Origin: Haliotis cracherodii
Taxonomy: Eukaryota
Reading direction: 5' to 3'
Assembly: GCF_022045235.1 (NCBI RefSeq)
Contig: NW_027266343.1
Coordinates: 50,530,001 to 50,594,000, forward strand
DNA length: 64,000 bases
Positions 1 to 10,584 of the stretch are shown piece by piece (position 1 is the stretch's first letter; every line of letters begins with the position of its first letter). Under the pieces are notes generated by a model that ran no database searches, was not told the origin of the DNA, and was given only the letters and a program-made list of their open reading frames with translations. Made by a program: the position numbers and the translations under genes.

Positions 1-78
1 GAATCAATTGTTTTTCTCTTAAGATCTGGACAATTCTTGCACGATATGTGACATTGCTCTGTGATTATGATGATCGGA

Positions 79-174
79 TTAGCAGCACTTCTTTTCAGCT
101 GACGCACAGCAAGCAGCCGCAGGTAACTCTCCCTTGGCATCCAACTGGGCCATGTACTCGAATGGGTCAACTTT
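79..174 (-). CDS. AS3MT: AS3MT terminal coding exon (KVDPFEYMAQLDAKGELPAAACCASAEKKCC*)
   Basis: poly-T then aacag acceptor; DPF motif and Cys-pair tail; TAA at 81-79; total CDS 1095 nt = 364 aa. Confidence 0.9.
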   Translation of the reverse strand, partial: KVDPFEYMAQLDAKGELPAAACCASAEKKCC

Positions 175-373
175 CTGTTAAAAAAAAAATATTGTATGTA
201 TGTCTGGTAACAAATCAATCTTCATGGAACAAGAGCAGAAACACCAGTGTTCAGGATTTGTGGTGGACTGGAACCACGCTTTCTGTGAGGTTGCCGGTCA
301 CAACGAGGAACAACAAGAATGATTCATTAATCTGCTGGAAATTGAAATCATGAACCTGAGATTTGGGATCAAA

Positions 374-550
374 TACAGTAAAATACGTTTATAAAGAACA
401 TGCTTATAACAAACAGACTGATATAACAAACTTATTTTTTAGTCTTGGGCATTTGTTGTATATATGCTGTATATGCTTATGATGAACTACGGTTATTACA
501 AACCAAAATTAGTAGTCCCTTTGAGTTCTTTATAACCGTAGTTTATTGTA
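374..550. mobile_element. pogo/Tigger-like MITE
   Basis: TA-flanked imperfect TIRs tacagtaaaatacgtttataaagaac ... gttctttataaccgtagtttattgta. Confidence 0.7.
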
Positions 551-843
551 CCAAAATATGATTCTGATTCTGATTCAAAATTCAACATGAATGAAAAAGC
601 TAACAAAGCTATAGATATGGGCTGTTTCGGTATCCCAGCAACCATCCTTTAGGATTTGTGCTCAACTGGACAACAATCATCACATGTGACTACTTCGAGC
701 ATAGTGACTGATTTGCCTGCCCTTTGAATTTGATCTGCGTCAACTATGTCTGCAAATTGAGTTTGGTCTGAATAGTTCTTGATGTTGCGAAGGCTTGTTC
801 AGGCCAGCATTGACCTTTAAACATAGTGTACCTTTATTGGTAC

Positions 844-1229
844 TAGGACTGGGACAAGTCCAAATTTACTACCTGGGTACCCACCCCTAATTACCTGACC
901 CAACCCCCGATTACCTGACTCTAGTTTTACCCGAGTCCTGGCAAAAGTTGCTCAGATACATGCATAAAACGATCTGATCATGCATACTTTGAAGTCGACA
1001 GAAGCTATATCTTTACTCAAAGAAATAAAAGCCAGAAGGAATGTGTGCATTGTCAGAACGAAGTGCGAACACTTTTAGCAACTTGTTGTGTAACCATGTA
1101 GTTTGACTTGTATCATCACTTAACAATAAATCACGTGACCAGGGATCTGGGTAGTCCTGTGAGACTTTATTCCTACTCAGAACCAACCCGACCTGACCCG
1201 AGTACCCGAGTTACCCATCCCTGCCCTTA
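844..1229. mobile_element. hAT-like MITE (related copy about 3575-4000)
   Basis: TAGG..GGGA-type termini, 8-bp TSD attggtac on both sides, ACCCG subterminal motifs; similar copy in the next intron. Confidence 0.7.
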
Positions 1230-1580
1230 TTGGTACAGATGATTGACAAATCAGCTTCTCTGACCTGATTAATTATGGTGTATCTGACGTAATAAGAAAA
1301 TTGACAAATGAAGGCACTAATTTTAACCATACATAAGTTAAATCTGTTGTCAAGGATCAAGTGGTAGATAACAAACTTAGTACTTTAAATGAAACTAACA
1401 CCTTAGATATATTAGTCACTACACAATCATATACCCCTTATAGACTGCAGTTTTTTCTGACAGATATCTGTAATACACAAGTCATGTAAATTTCCGGGCA
1501 CATGTTTATAAGATTACCTACAGATGGTCTGGAAGTTTCATGGACACTTATTGGTGTCGGGAGCTCAGAATGGTACTTAC

Positions 1581-1706
1581 CACTTTCATGGCCGGGACAC
1601 AACAATTTCCAGGGGCAGAGACTGGCTGGAAGTCAAACTCGTCCTTGAACCGCGATGCAGACAAGATGGTGGACATCTCCTCTCCTACACTGACTGCATC
1701 ACCATT
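1581..1706 (-). CDS. AS3MT: AS3MT coding exon 8 (NGDAVSVGEEMSTILSASRFKDEFDFQPVSAPGNCCVPAMKV)
   Basis: ctacag acceptor, GTG|GTAAGT donor, 126 nt, phase 0-0; IL..SRF...F motif. Confidence 0.9.
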
Positions 1707-1847
1707 CTGTAGCCGACAACATGACATTGAGCAGTTGCCCTACTTACACACTGTCCTAACTAGGTGTTTTAATATTCATGGAAATTTATGTGGCATCAAA
1801 TTCATTTTCTGTTATAACAAATCTGCTGACAATGGTGACAATGTTTT

Positions 1848-2131
1848 GAGTGAGTGAGTGATTGAGTTGGGTTTAACGCCGCTTTTAACAGTATTCGAGT
1901 TATATCACGGCGTGTCAGCTTAATGTGGGAGGAAAGCCTGAAGTGACGCAGGTCTCAGACGTTTACCACTTCGGTGAAACCCACGAGCACGGGTATGGTG
2001 CTGACAAACCTAGAAACATAATCGGGGCGAACCGGGATTCCAACCCACAATCATAGGTTTCTGGCGTGCCCAAGGGCGCAACTCTGCACAGCGAATCGAG
2101 GCACCTTAGACGACGGGCCACCTGTGCCCCC
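1848..2131 (-). mobile_element. tRNA-derived SINE family B (V-domain-like)
   Basis: box A/box B head, CTTCGGGCTTTCCTCCCAC-type core, (ACTC)n tail, TSD tgacaatgtt. Confidence 0.85.
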
Positions 2132-2189
2132 TGACAATGTTGTGACAATGCTAACATTGTTCTTTGACAATGCCAACAATCCAACATTT

Positions 2190-2460
2190 GGTTTGGTAGG
2201 TTGGTTTCTTGTTTAACGCCTCACTCAGAAATATACCAGCTATATTAAGGAGGTCTGTAAATAATCGAGTCTGGACCAGACAATCCAGTGATTGACATCA
2301 TGATCATCGACCCACATAATTGGGATCAATGACATGCATCAACCAAGTCAGCGAGTCTGACCACCCGGCCCTGTTAGTCACGTCTTATGGCAAGCATAGT
2401 CGCCTTTTACGGCAAGCATGGGTTGCTGAAGACCTATTCTACCCCGGATCTTCATGGGTC
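2190..2460 (-). mobile_element. SINE-like family C (non-tRNA head)
   Basis: Head ACCC.TGAAGATCCGGGG, GTCGTAAGAGGCGACTAA-type motif, shared 3' tail, (AAAC)n; many copies in the window. Confidence 0.85.
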
Positions 2461-2850
2461 AACTCATCATTTAACAATGCTGACAATGTGACAATGTTCC
2501 ATAATGATGGCAATGCTCTATATTGTGACAGTGTTAAATCGATGCCGACAATGTTATACTGTATAATAACGTTATCAATTTTGACAACACATGGCCATTA
2601 GCTCACCTTGCCAATAGAGAAAAAATTAAAAATGGCTACCCCAGCAGCTCATTTCAGTGAGTAGAAACCAGCCTTCATGTCAACCTCTTTTCCTCAGGGT
2701 ACATTTCTGTGGTACGTGTGCCGACAACGACCCCTTCAGCATAAGTAGCAAATCCTCCCCCCTTAAATTCGATATTTCTGAACCCAGGTGAGCTCCAGTG
2801 GTTCTGTCCTTTCTGTTTTAGACTAGTGTGGCTGAATATTCATCAAAGAG

Positions 2851-3117
2851 TTTGTTTGATTGTTTGTTGTTTAACACCGCACTCAGCAATATCCTAGCTA
2901 TATGACGACGGTCTATAAATAATTGAGTCTGGACCAGAGAATCCTGTGATTGACATCATGAACATTGATCCACACACCTGAGATACGATGACATGCATCA
3001 ACCAAGTCAGTGTGTCTGATCACCCGATCCCGTTAGTCGCGTCTAATAACAAGCATAGTCGCCTTGTACGGCAAGTATTGGTTGCTGAAGGCCTATTCTA
3101 CCCCGGATCTTCACAGG
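2851..3117 (-). mobile_element. SINE-like family C
   Basis: Near full-length similarity to 2190-2460. Confidence 0.85.
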
Positions 3118-3143
3118 TGTTCATCACTGTGAGGCAAACTTAC

Positions 3144-3283
3144 CTTGAATGTGAGCTGGTAGTCAAACTTAAATTCCCCCTCGTAGCCCGGGATCTCCCC
3201 ATTGTAGATGACCTGCCTCTTAGGCTGCAGGGTGGATGGTAACTTGAACAGTCGGTACGTCACCGACACAAACCGGGCATCCC
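3144..3283 (-). CDS. AS3MT: AS3MT coding exon 7 (GDARFVSVTYRLFKLP...YNGEIPGYEGEFKFDYQLTFK)
   Basis: gtgtcag acceptor, AAG|GTAAGT donor, 140 nt; FVS.TYRLFK motif. Confidence 0.94.
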
Positions 3284-4613
3284 CTGACACAGACACGTTA
3301 GTTAGTGTGTAACACACAATACACAGCCACCACCAGTATTAACATACAACTGAAGAGCTTAGAGCGATAAGGGCCAATGTCATGTGGAGTCTGTTTTGAG
3401 AAAAGTGATGAAAACACATAATATTATGCATGTTAAAGAACTTTTATTTCACTGATAAATTCCTACAAAGGTCGTGAGCCCAACAGTAATCATGCCACGC
3501 CACGAGCAACATGTTGGTAACAGTTTAATTCAACACATGAAAAATAATTTAAAAACAAATAAATCTAGTTCAGAGGGTACATGTCATTGTGACGAGTCCA
3601 AATTTACTACCCGGGTACCCAACACCCTATTACCCGACCCTACCCAGGTACCCACTGTAGGTCTCAAGAGTTGGGTACAAAATGTCTGACTGGGAATTAT
3701 TTTACCGCAGCCCTGGCAAAAACTATTTAGATAAGTGTATAAAATGATCTGATCATGCATACACTACAGTTGATAGACGCTTTATCCTTACTCGAACATA
3801 TAAAAGTCAGAACGAATGCTTGCATAGTGGGAATGAAATGTGAACATTAGCTAGACTTGTAGTTTAACCATTGAGTTATGTTGTTAATGTCATCAAACAG
3901 CATATCACGTGACTAACCACGGGTCTGGGTAGTCATGTGGGTACCCTGGTCTTACTAAGGACCCACCCGACCCGAGTACCAAGTTACCTGTCCCAGCCCT
4001 ACATTATGTTCATAGTCATCGTATCATAAGAGGCATCAAATTACATGGTAAATATTATGAGAAAAACATACAGGATGTGACATGACAGTAAGTATATCTT
4101 CGGATGTACGTTGGAATAATTGTAAGAGATATCGATTAAGTAAGTCAGTCAGCCTACAATAAGAAATTATTGTTCCGTTTCTATTTGCAAGGAGCAACTC
4201 AACATGGTAAATGTTATCGGTATATTTCTATATGACTTAACACATGGTTTTATTCCTTTAACATGTTACGTAAATGTGTCTGTTTGCTAATATAAGTAAG
4301 TGATACAGTAGAAGTTGTTTGTACCTCCAAAGTAGATATCTTCTTTTGTAATAAAAACATGACCGAAAATAACATTTATGAAAGCATTAAATTCATCCCA
4401 GAAATCTTTAACATAGGAACATTCTAAATATACGTGAGCAATGTTTTCATTGTCTCAATTGCAAAATGAACATAGGTTGCTGTCAACCAAGTTCACCGTT
4501 AACCATTCCTTTTTAGTGTATATAACAGTCATATCTTTAACCACATCATTATCCATGTTCAAATATTTGCGGACAAACTATGCTTCTCAAATGACTGAAT
4601 GCGTTCTGCTCAC

Positions 4614-4745
4614 CAAGCACCTGTCTGAAATCGTCTCTGGTCACGGGAACTGGTGTTGCTGTCACAAGCCTGGGCTCGCTGAACCCCACCTCCTTGGCCA
4701 GCGTGTACAAGTCCTCCCACCAGAGGGCACCACTGATGCACTCGC
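4614..4745 (-). CDS. AS3MT: AS3MT coding exon 6 (GECISGALWWEDLYTLAKEVGFSEPRLVTATPVPVTRDDFRQVL)
   Basis: tacag acceptor, G|GTGAG donor, 132 nt; WGEC.xGAL catalytic Cys motif. Confidence 0.95.
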
Positions 4746-4849
4746 CTGTAATAAGATATCAGGAGCATTCAGGGCACATGGTTGACCATTCAGGACTATA
4801 TACCCAGGGCATGTGCATGCCATTTGACTACCTACAAAAGAACATAATC

Positions 4850-5139
4850 TAGAACCTGGTGACTGGCTATATTTACTCTAGAACACTCAATGTATGGCTC
4901 TATTTACCCTAGCACAGCTGGTGTTTGGCTCTGTTTAGCCTAGAACACATTGTGTTTGGCTTTATTTACCCTACAACACCTAGTGTCTGGCTTGATTTAC
5001 ATTACAACACCTAGTGTTTGGCTCTACATACCCCAGAACACCTGATTCTACATATCCCAAAGCACCTGGTGTCTTGACTACCAACTCCAGAAGACCTGGT
5101 GTTTGCCTACCCTAGGGCACCTGGTGCCTGACGACCTAC
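4850..5139 (-). repeat. Degenerate ~31-bp tandem array starting at the exon 5 donor
   Basis: Units such as ttctgggGTATGTagagccaaacaccaggtg resemble the junction ctctggg|GTAGGTcgtcaggcaccaggtg. Confidence 0.6.
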
Positions 5140-5221
5140 CCCAGAGGATTTCATGTTTCCTGGCTGAATCTGGCAAGTCCCGGTCACAGTAGACGTCACT
5201 GAAGTACAGCTCTCCACCCTC
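5140..5221 (-). CDS. AS3MT: AS3MT coding exon 5 (EGGELYFSDVYCDRDLPDSARKHEILW)
   Basis: ggcag acceptor, G|GTAGG donor, 82 nt; GGELYFSDVY motif. Confidence 0.95.
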
Positions 5222-5349
5222 CTGCCAATCAAACATCAATTAGAGTCAATTAGAAAAAAGTATTGCATTGCACACAAATCAGTTTATTAACTAATATTTA
5301 CACCATAACACCATAACTTTGACCATCTTCAAAGTACAGCAGTACACCT

Positions 5350-5840
5350 GCTGGTCAACATATCAACATCCCCACCCTGTTGGTCAAAATCCGCACCCTG
5401 CTGGTGAACATCCCTACCTTGCTGGTCAACATTCCCACCCTGCCGGTCAACATCCCCACCCTGCTGGTCAACATCCCCACCCTGTTGGTCAACATCCCCA
5501 CCCTGCCGGTGAACATCCCTACCTTGCCGGTCAACATCCCCACCCTGCTGGTGAACATCCCTACCTTGCTGGTCAACATCCCCACCCTGCCGGTGAACAT
5601 CCCTACCTTGCCGGTCAACATCCCCACCCTGTCAGTCAACATCTCCACCCTGCCGGTCAACATCCCAACCCTGCCGGTCAACATCCCAAACCTGCTGGTC
5701 AACATCCCCACCCTGCCGGTCAACATCCCCACCCTGACGGTCAACATCCCCACCCTGCCGGTCAACATCCCCACCCTGCCGGTCAACATCCCCACCCTGC
5801 CAGTTAACATCCCCACCTTGCCGGTCAACACACCTACCTT
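5350..5840 (-). repeat. 21-bp minisatellite (~23 units) derived from the exon 4 donor junction
   Basis: Sense unit A(A/G)G|GT(A/G)GGGATGTT(G/C)ACC(G/A)GC begins exactly at AAG|GTAGGT. Confidence 0.92.
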
Positions 5841-5907
5841 GAGAACCTTGTACGCCTCCCTCAGTACACTCTTCTTGTCAGGGGACAGGTTCACCACACA
5901 GTTGGAG
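5838..5907 (-). CDS. AS3MT: AS3MT coding exon 4 (SNCVVNLSPDKKSVLREAYKVLK)
   Basis: ctcccag acceptor, AAG|GTAGGT donor, 70 nt; ISNCV.NL catalytic Cys motif. Confidence 0.96.
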
Positions 5908-6156
5908 CTGGGAGGAGAGAGTGGGTACAGGATTAGTCAGGGAGCCACATAGTTTATGTAGCCCAAGAGTATTTACTCACATTATCATTAAAACTGTATA
6001 GTGATAGTTTTTTAGTGGTATTCAACAAATGTTTACTCTCTTGTGTTTTGTCTATTGGGTTTTGTAAACCAATGAGTAGACATTTATTAATACCAGTTCT
6101 ACTTCTATGTTGTTTCTGGTTTCTTCTAATTAGCAGATGTTCAAGTACAGCCCCAA

Positions 6157-6565
6157 ATGATGTCTACACTATTTGCGTCAAGGCTCTATACATACATGAT
6201 GTCTACACTATTTGCGTCAAGGCTCTATAAATACATGATGTCTTCACTATTTGTGTCATGGCTCTATACATACACGATGTCTTCACTACTTGTGTCAAGG
6301 CTCTATACATACACGATGTCTTCACTATTTGTGTCAAGGCTCTATACATACATGATGTCTTCACTATTTGTGTCAAGGCTCTATACATACATGATGTCTT
6401 CACTATTTGTGTCAAGGCTCTATACATACATGATGTCTTCACTATTTGTGTCAAGGCTCTATACATACATGGTGTCTACACTATTTGTGTCAAGGCTCTA
6501 TACATACATGATGTCTTCACTACTCGTGTCAAGGCAATTATACATACATGATGATATCTATACTG
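6157..6565 (-). repeat. 39-bp minisatellite (~10 units) derived from the exon 3 donor junction
   Basis: Sense unit AAATAGTGAAGACATCAT|GTATGTATAGAGCCTTGACAC versus exon end AACAGTATAGATATCATCAT|GTATGTATAATTGCCTTGACAC. Confidence 0.92.
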
Positions 6566-6684
6566 TTTTCCTTGATCCCAGCCTCAGTGATTTTCTCAAT
6601 GTAACCCTTGACAAATTCCACATTGGGTTTGGAGTAGCCGAATTTCTGAGTATGGTAGTCAACGTACTTCCTCGCCACTTCCAG
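6548..6684 (-). CDS. AS3MT: AS3MT coding exon 3 (LEVARKYVDYHTQKFGYSKPNVEFVKGYIEKITEAGIKENSIDII)
   Basis: tttctctcag acceptor, AT|GTATGT donor, 137 nt, phases fit neighbouring exons. Confidence 0.95.
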
Positions 6685-7711
6685 CTGAGAGAAAGGAGAC
6701 AAAAGATGACACAATATGTTATTATGTGCATTATAACACCTTTAGCATGCATATTGTACTTTATAAATCATATAAGAAACTTCATGAACAGTCACGATCA
6801 GGGTTGCACTAGGTACAATGATATTTCTGTGATGTAAGGTGTGCTAAACCCTAAATGGGCCCCATCCTTAAATGGGCCTCAGCCAAAGACAGGATAGGGG
6901 AGATAACTCCCACGAGCATGCTGAGGGGTGCAAGGACATGGCACTAGCCAAACCCTTGTACACAGAGCTCTACAATTGCAGTGATTAAACAGTTAACTAA
7001 CGAAGACAGCTTTGTCATATCGCCACATAAGGTGTACCTTTTGACCTCTATACACTTAATTCTTGTTTTTATTTGTGTGAACCAATTCAACATCTCTACC
7101 CTCATTCTTTTACACTATATTTATAAAGAAACATTTTTAAGGTGACACCTATTTTTGGAAACTCTTAAAAACAGATCTAAGTGGTCACTACTGCCACACA
7201 AAACAGTAGATCTTTGGTGTGGCAGTAGCAAACACTCACATCTGATTTTAATGATACAATGTGTTGGGGATCTCTGCACAGTTTGGGCAACACTTGTTGT
7301 AATAATTTTCAATATCAAGTTGTTGATCACTCTAATTGATCTTTCATGTTCTCAACAACTGACGAGTCTGGCATAGCAGCAGTTTTCCTGGGTTTTTTTA
7401 GCCATTGATGTATACCCATAATATATTCACAATGGGTATTGAAAGTCTGCTTTTGATATAAAATATTTGTACTCCCTTGAGTGCAGCCTGCTGGGTATTT
7501 TTACACCAATAAGAAGACATTTAAAAAAAAATTCTGCTTAAAATGCAGGTGACATCTGATCTATATCTGTTAGTGTGCTGCCTTAAGTTTGTGACAAGTC
7601 ACTTAAGTTCACAATACCGTTATACATGTCTGATTAACTACAAGCGAGATGTACCGCCTTCGTTATAGAGTTTATGTACATGTACTGGGTAATTTCCTGT
7701 GGAGGTCTCAC

Positions 7712-7862
7712 CTGTTCATCGGTCATGTCAAGGCCCACAACTGACCCCTCCTCACCCACCAGCTTACTGAGCGCATAGCAGTCACGCCCACTTCCACTAC
7801 CAAGGTCAAGGATGCGTGTTGCTTCCACCTTTTCTGGTATGACCAGTCCACAGCCATAGTAC
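7712..7862 (-). CDS. AS3MT: AS3MT coding exon 2 (YYGCGLVIPEKVEATRILDLGSGSGRDCYALSKLVGEEGSVVGLDMTDEQ)
   Basis: cacag acceptor, CAG|GTGAG donor, 151 nt; SAM-binding motif I LDLGSGSG and the YYGCG cysteine. Confidence 0.97.
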
Positions 7863-7882
7863 CTGTGTACAGATGGGTGGAA

Positions 7883-8920
7883 TACAGAGGTTCATACTAC
7901 AGTAGTTCATATTACGGGGGTTCATACTACAGAGGTTCATACTACAGAGGTCATACTACAGGGGTTCATACTACAGTAGTTCATATTACAGAGGTCATAC
8001 TACAGGGGTTCATACTACAGAGGTCATACTACAGGGCTTCATACTACAGAGGTCATACTACAGAGGTTCATACTACAGTAGTTCATACTACAGTAGTTTA
8101 TGTTACAGTAGTTCATATAACAGTTGTTCATACTACAGTAGTTCATATTACAGTGGTTCATACCACAGAGGTCATACTACAGGGGTTAACACTACAGAGG
8201 TCATACTACAGGGGTTCATACTACAGAGGTCATACAACAGGAGTTCATATTACAGGGGTTCATACTACAGTAGTTCATATTACAGGGGTTCATACTACAG
8301 AGGTTCATACTACAGTAGTTCATATCACAGGGGTTTATACTACAGGGGTTCATACTACAGGGGTTCATACAACAGAGGTCATACTACAGGGGTTCATACT
8401 ACAGAGGTCATACTACAGGAGTTCACACTACAGAGGTCATACTACAGGGGTTCACACTACAGAGGTCATACTACAGGGATTCATACTACAAAGGTCATAC
8501 TACAGGGGTTCATACTACAGAGGTCATACTACAGAGGTCATACTACAGTGGTTCACACTACAGAGGTCATACTACAGAGGTCATTCTACAGGGGTTCACA
8601 CTACAGAGGTCATACTACAGTTGTTACTACAGAGGTCATACTAAAGGGGTTCATACTACAGTGGTTCATACTACAGGGGTTCATACTACAGAGGTCATAC
8701 TACAGTTGTTCATACTACAGGGGTTCTTACTGCACTTGTTAATACTACAGAGGTTCATATTACAGGGGGATCATACCACAGTAGTTCATATTACAGAGGT
8801 TCATATTACAGGGGGTTCATACTACAGAGGTTCAAACAACAGTAGTTCTTACTACAGAGGTTCATACTACAGTGTGTCTTACTACAGTTGTTCATACAAC
8901 AGCGGTTCATACTACAGTGT
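7883..8920. repeat. 14/15-bp minisatellite (catactacagaggtt) abutting the exon 2 acceptor
   Basis: About 70 degenerate units ending ~20 nt from the acceptor; gene-sense unit contains CTGTAG. Confidence 0.9.
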
Positions 8921-9221
8921 ACAGAAGACACACAACCCTTCACATATATATTTACATATTTTTCATTACCCGTTTTAATACTTAAATGCATTAGAAACCT
9001 AAAGTGAGTGAGTGAGTGAGTGAGTGAGTATGGCTTTGCATATTACAGCAATATTACGATGGGGGACACCGGAAATGGGCGAAGGCTAGGCTACCCCACC
9101 ACCCCAAAGAAACCTAAATATGATGAAAACCAAGCCATTTAAACTGGTTAGAACAAAACCAGTGGTTAGCGATGAAAAGTTAATACTAACAACATCCATT
9201 GCTCGGGACCGGGAACAAGTG

Positions 9222-10030
9222 TCTGATGAGACAGATGTCAGATGAGACAGATGTCAGATTAGACAGATGTCAGATTAGACGGATGTCAGATTAGACAGTG
9301 GTCAGATTAGACATGTCAGATTAGACGGATGTCAGTTAAGACGGATGTCAGATTAGACAGATGTCAGATTAGACAGTGGTCAGATTAGACAGATGTCAGA
9401 TTAGACAGATGTCAGATTAGACAGATGTCAGAATAGACGGATGTCAGATTATACAGATGTCAGATAGACAGTGGTCAGATTAGCCAGATGTGAAATTAGA
9501 CAGATGTGAGATTAGACAGATGTCAGATTAGACAGTGGTCAGATTAGACAATGGTCAGATTAGACAGATGTCAGATTAGACAGATGTCAGATTAGGCAGT
9601 GGTCAGATTAGACGGATGTCAGATTAGACAGATGTCAGATTAGACAGATGTCAGATTAGACGGATGTCAGATTTGACGGATGTCAGATTAGACGGATGTC
9701 AGATTAGACAGATGTTGCATTAGGGGGATGACAGATTAGACAGATGTCAGATTAGACGGATGTCAGATTAGACAGATGTTGCATTAGGGGGATGACAGAT
9801 TAGACAGATGTCAGATTAGACGGATGTCAGATTAGACAGATGTCAGATTAGACGGATGTCAGATTTGACGGATGTCAGATTAGACGGATGTCAGATTAGA
9901 CAGATGTTGCATTAGGGGGATGTCAGATTAGACAGATGTCAGATTAGACGGATGTCAGATTAGACGGATGTCAGATTAGATAGATATCAGATTAGATAGA
10001 TATTGGATTAGATATGTCGGATTGACAGAT
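9222..10030. repeat. 16-bp minisatellite (cagattagacagatgt)
   Basis: About 50 units; three more degenerate units at 10528-10570 beyond an inserted MITE. Confidence 0.92.
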
Positions 10031-10525
10031 ACAGTAAATCTTGAAATTAACGCGAGCATGAATAAAATGGGAAAAATGTGAGTGGTCTTTGCTCGCATTA
10101 ATTAACATTGCATTTATGTCTCCAAAATGACTATCAATGGTAAGACAGCCTCACTGCACACGTTTGAAAGCGGAAATACCAACTTGAATATAAATACACA
10201 AACATGGTTTTTTGAGCAGCAGTTGTATCAAATATATAACAATGTCATTCAAAGAATAGACATCTTCTCTGTCTAACATTCAGTGAACTGTTATTGGTTC
10301 AATTATTTTCTTGCCTTTGAACTTCCTTAATGCCAGTCAATAGAGTAAACATATCAACTGTGTGATGTTTCTAGGAAAACAGTGTTTATTCTTTTTACGG
10401 AACTGCTCTACTCAGTGTAAATAAGCAGGGGGGGGGTCGCATTGATATTGAGTCACATTTTGGGGGGGGGGGGGGGGCAGAAGTCATATTCATTTGGAGA
10501 CACATTAATTTCCAGATTCACAGTA
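10030..10525. mobile_element. pogo/Tigger-like MITE inserted in the 16-bp array
   Basis: TIRs tacagtaaatcttgaaattaa ... ttaatttccagattcacagta with TA ends. Confidence 0.7.
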
Positions 10526-10584
10526 TCTTGGATTAGACAGATGTCGGATTACACAGATATTGGATTACACAATCACATTGTTGC

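Noticed and set aside
5319-5952. Plus-strand HPHPAGQ and VNIPTLP repeat ORFs
   Set aside because: Antisense frames of the 21-bp donor array
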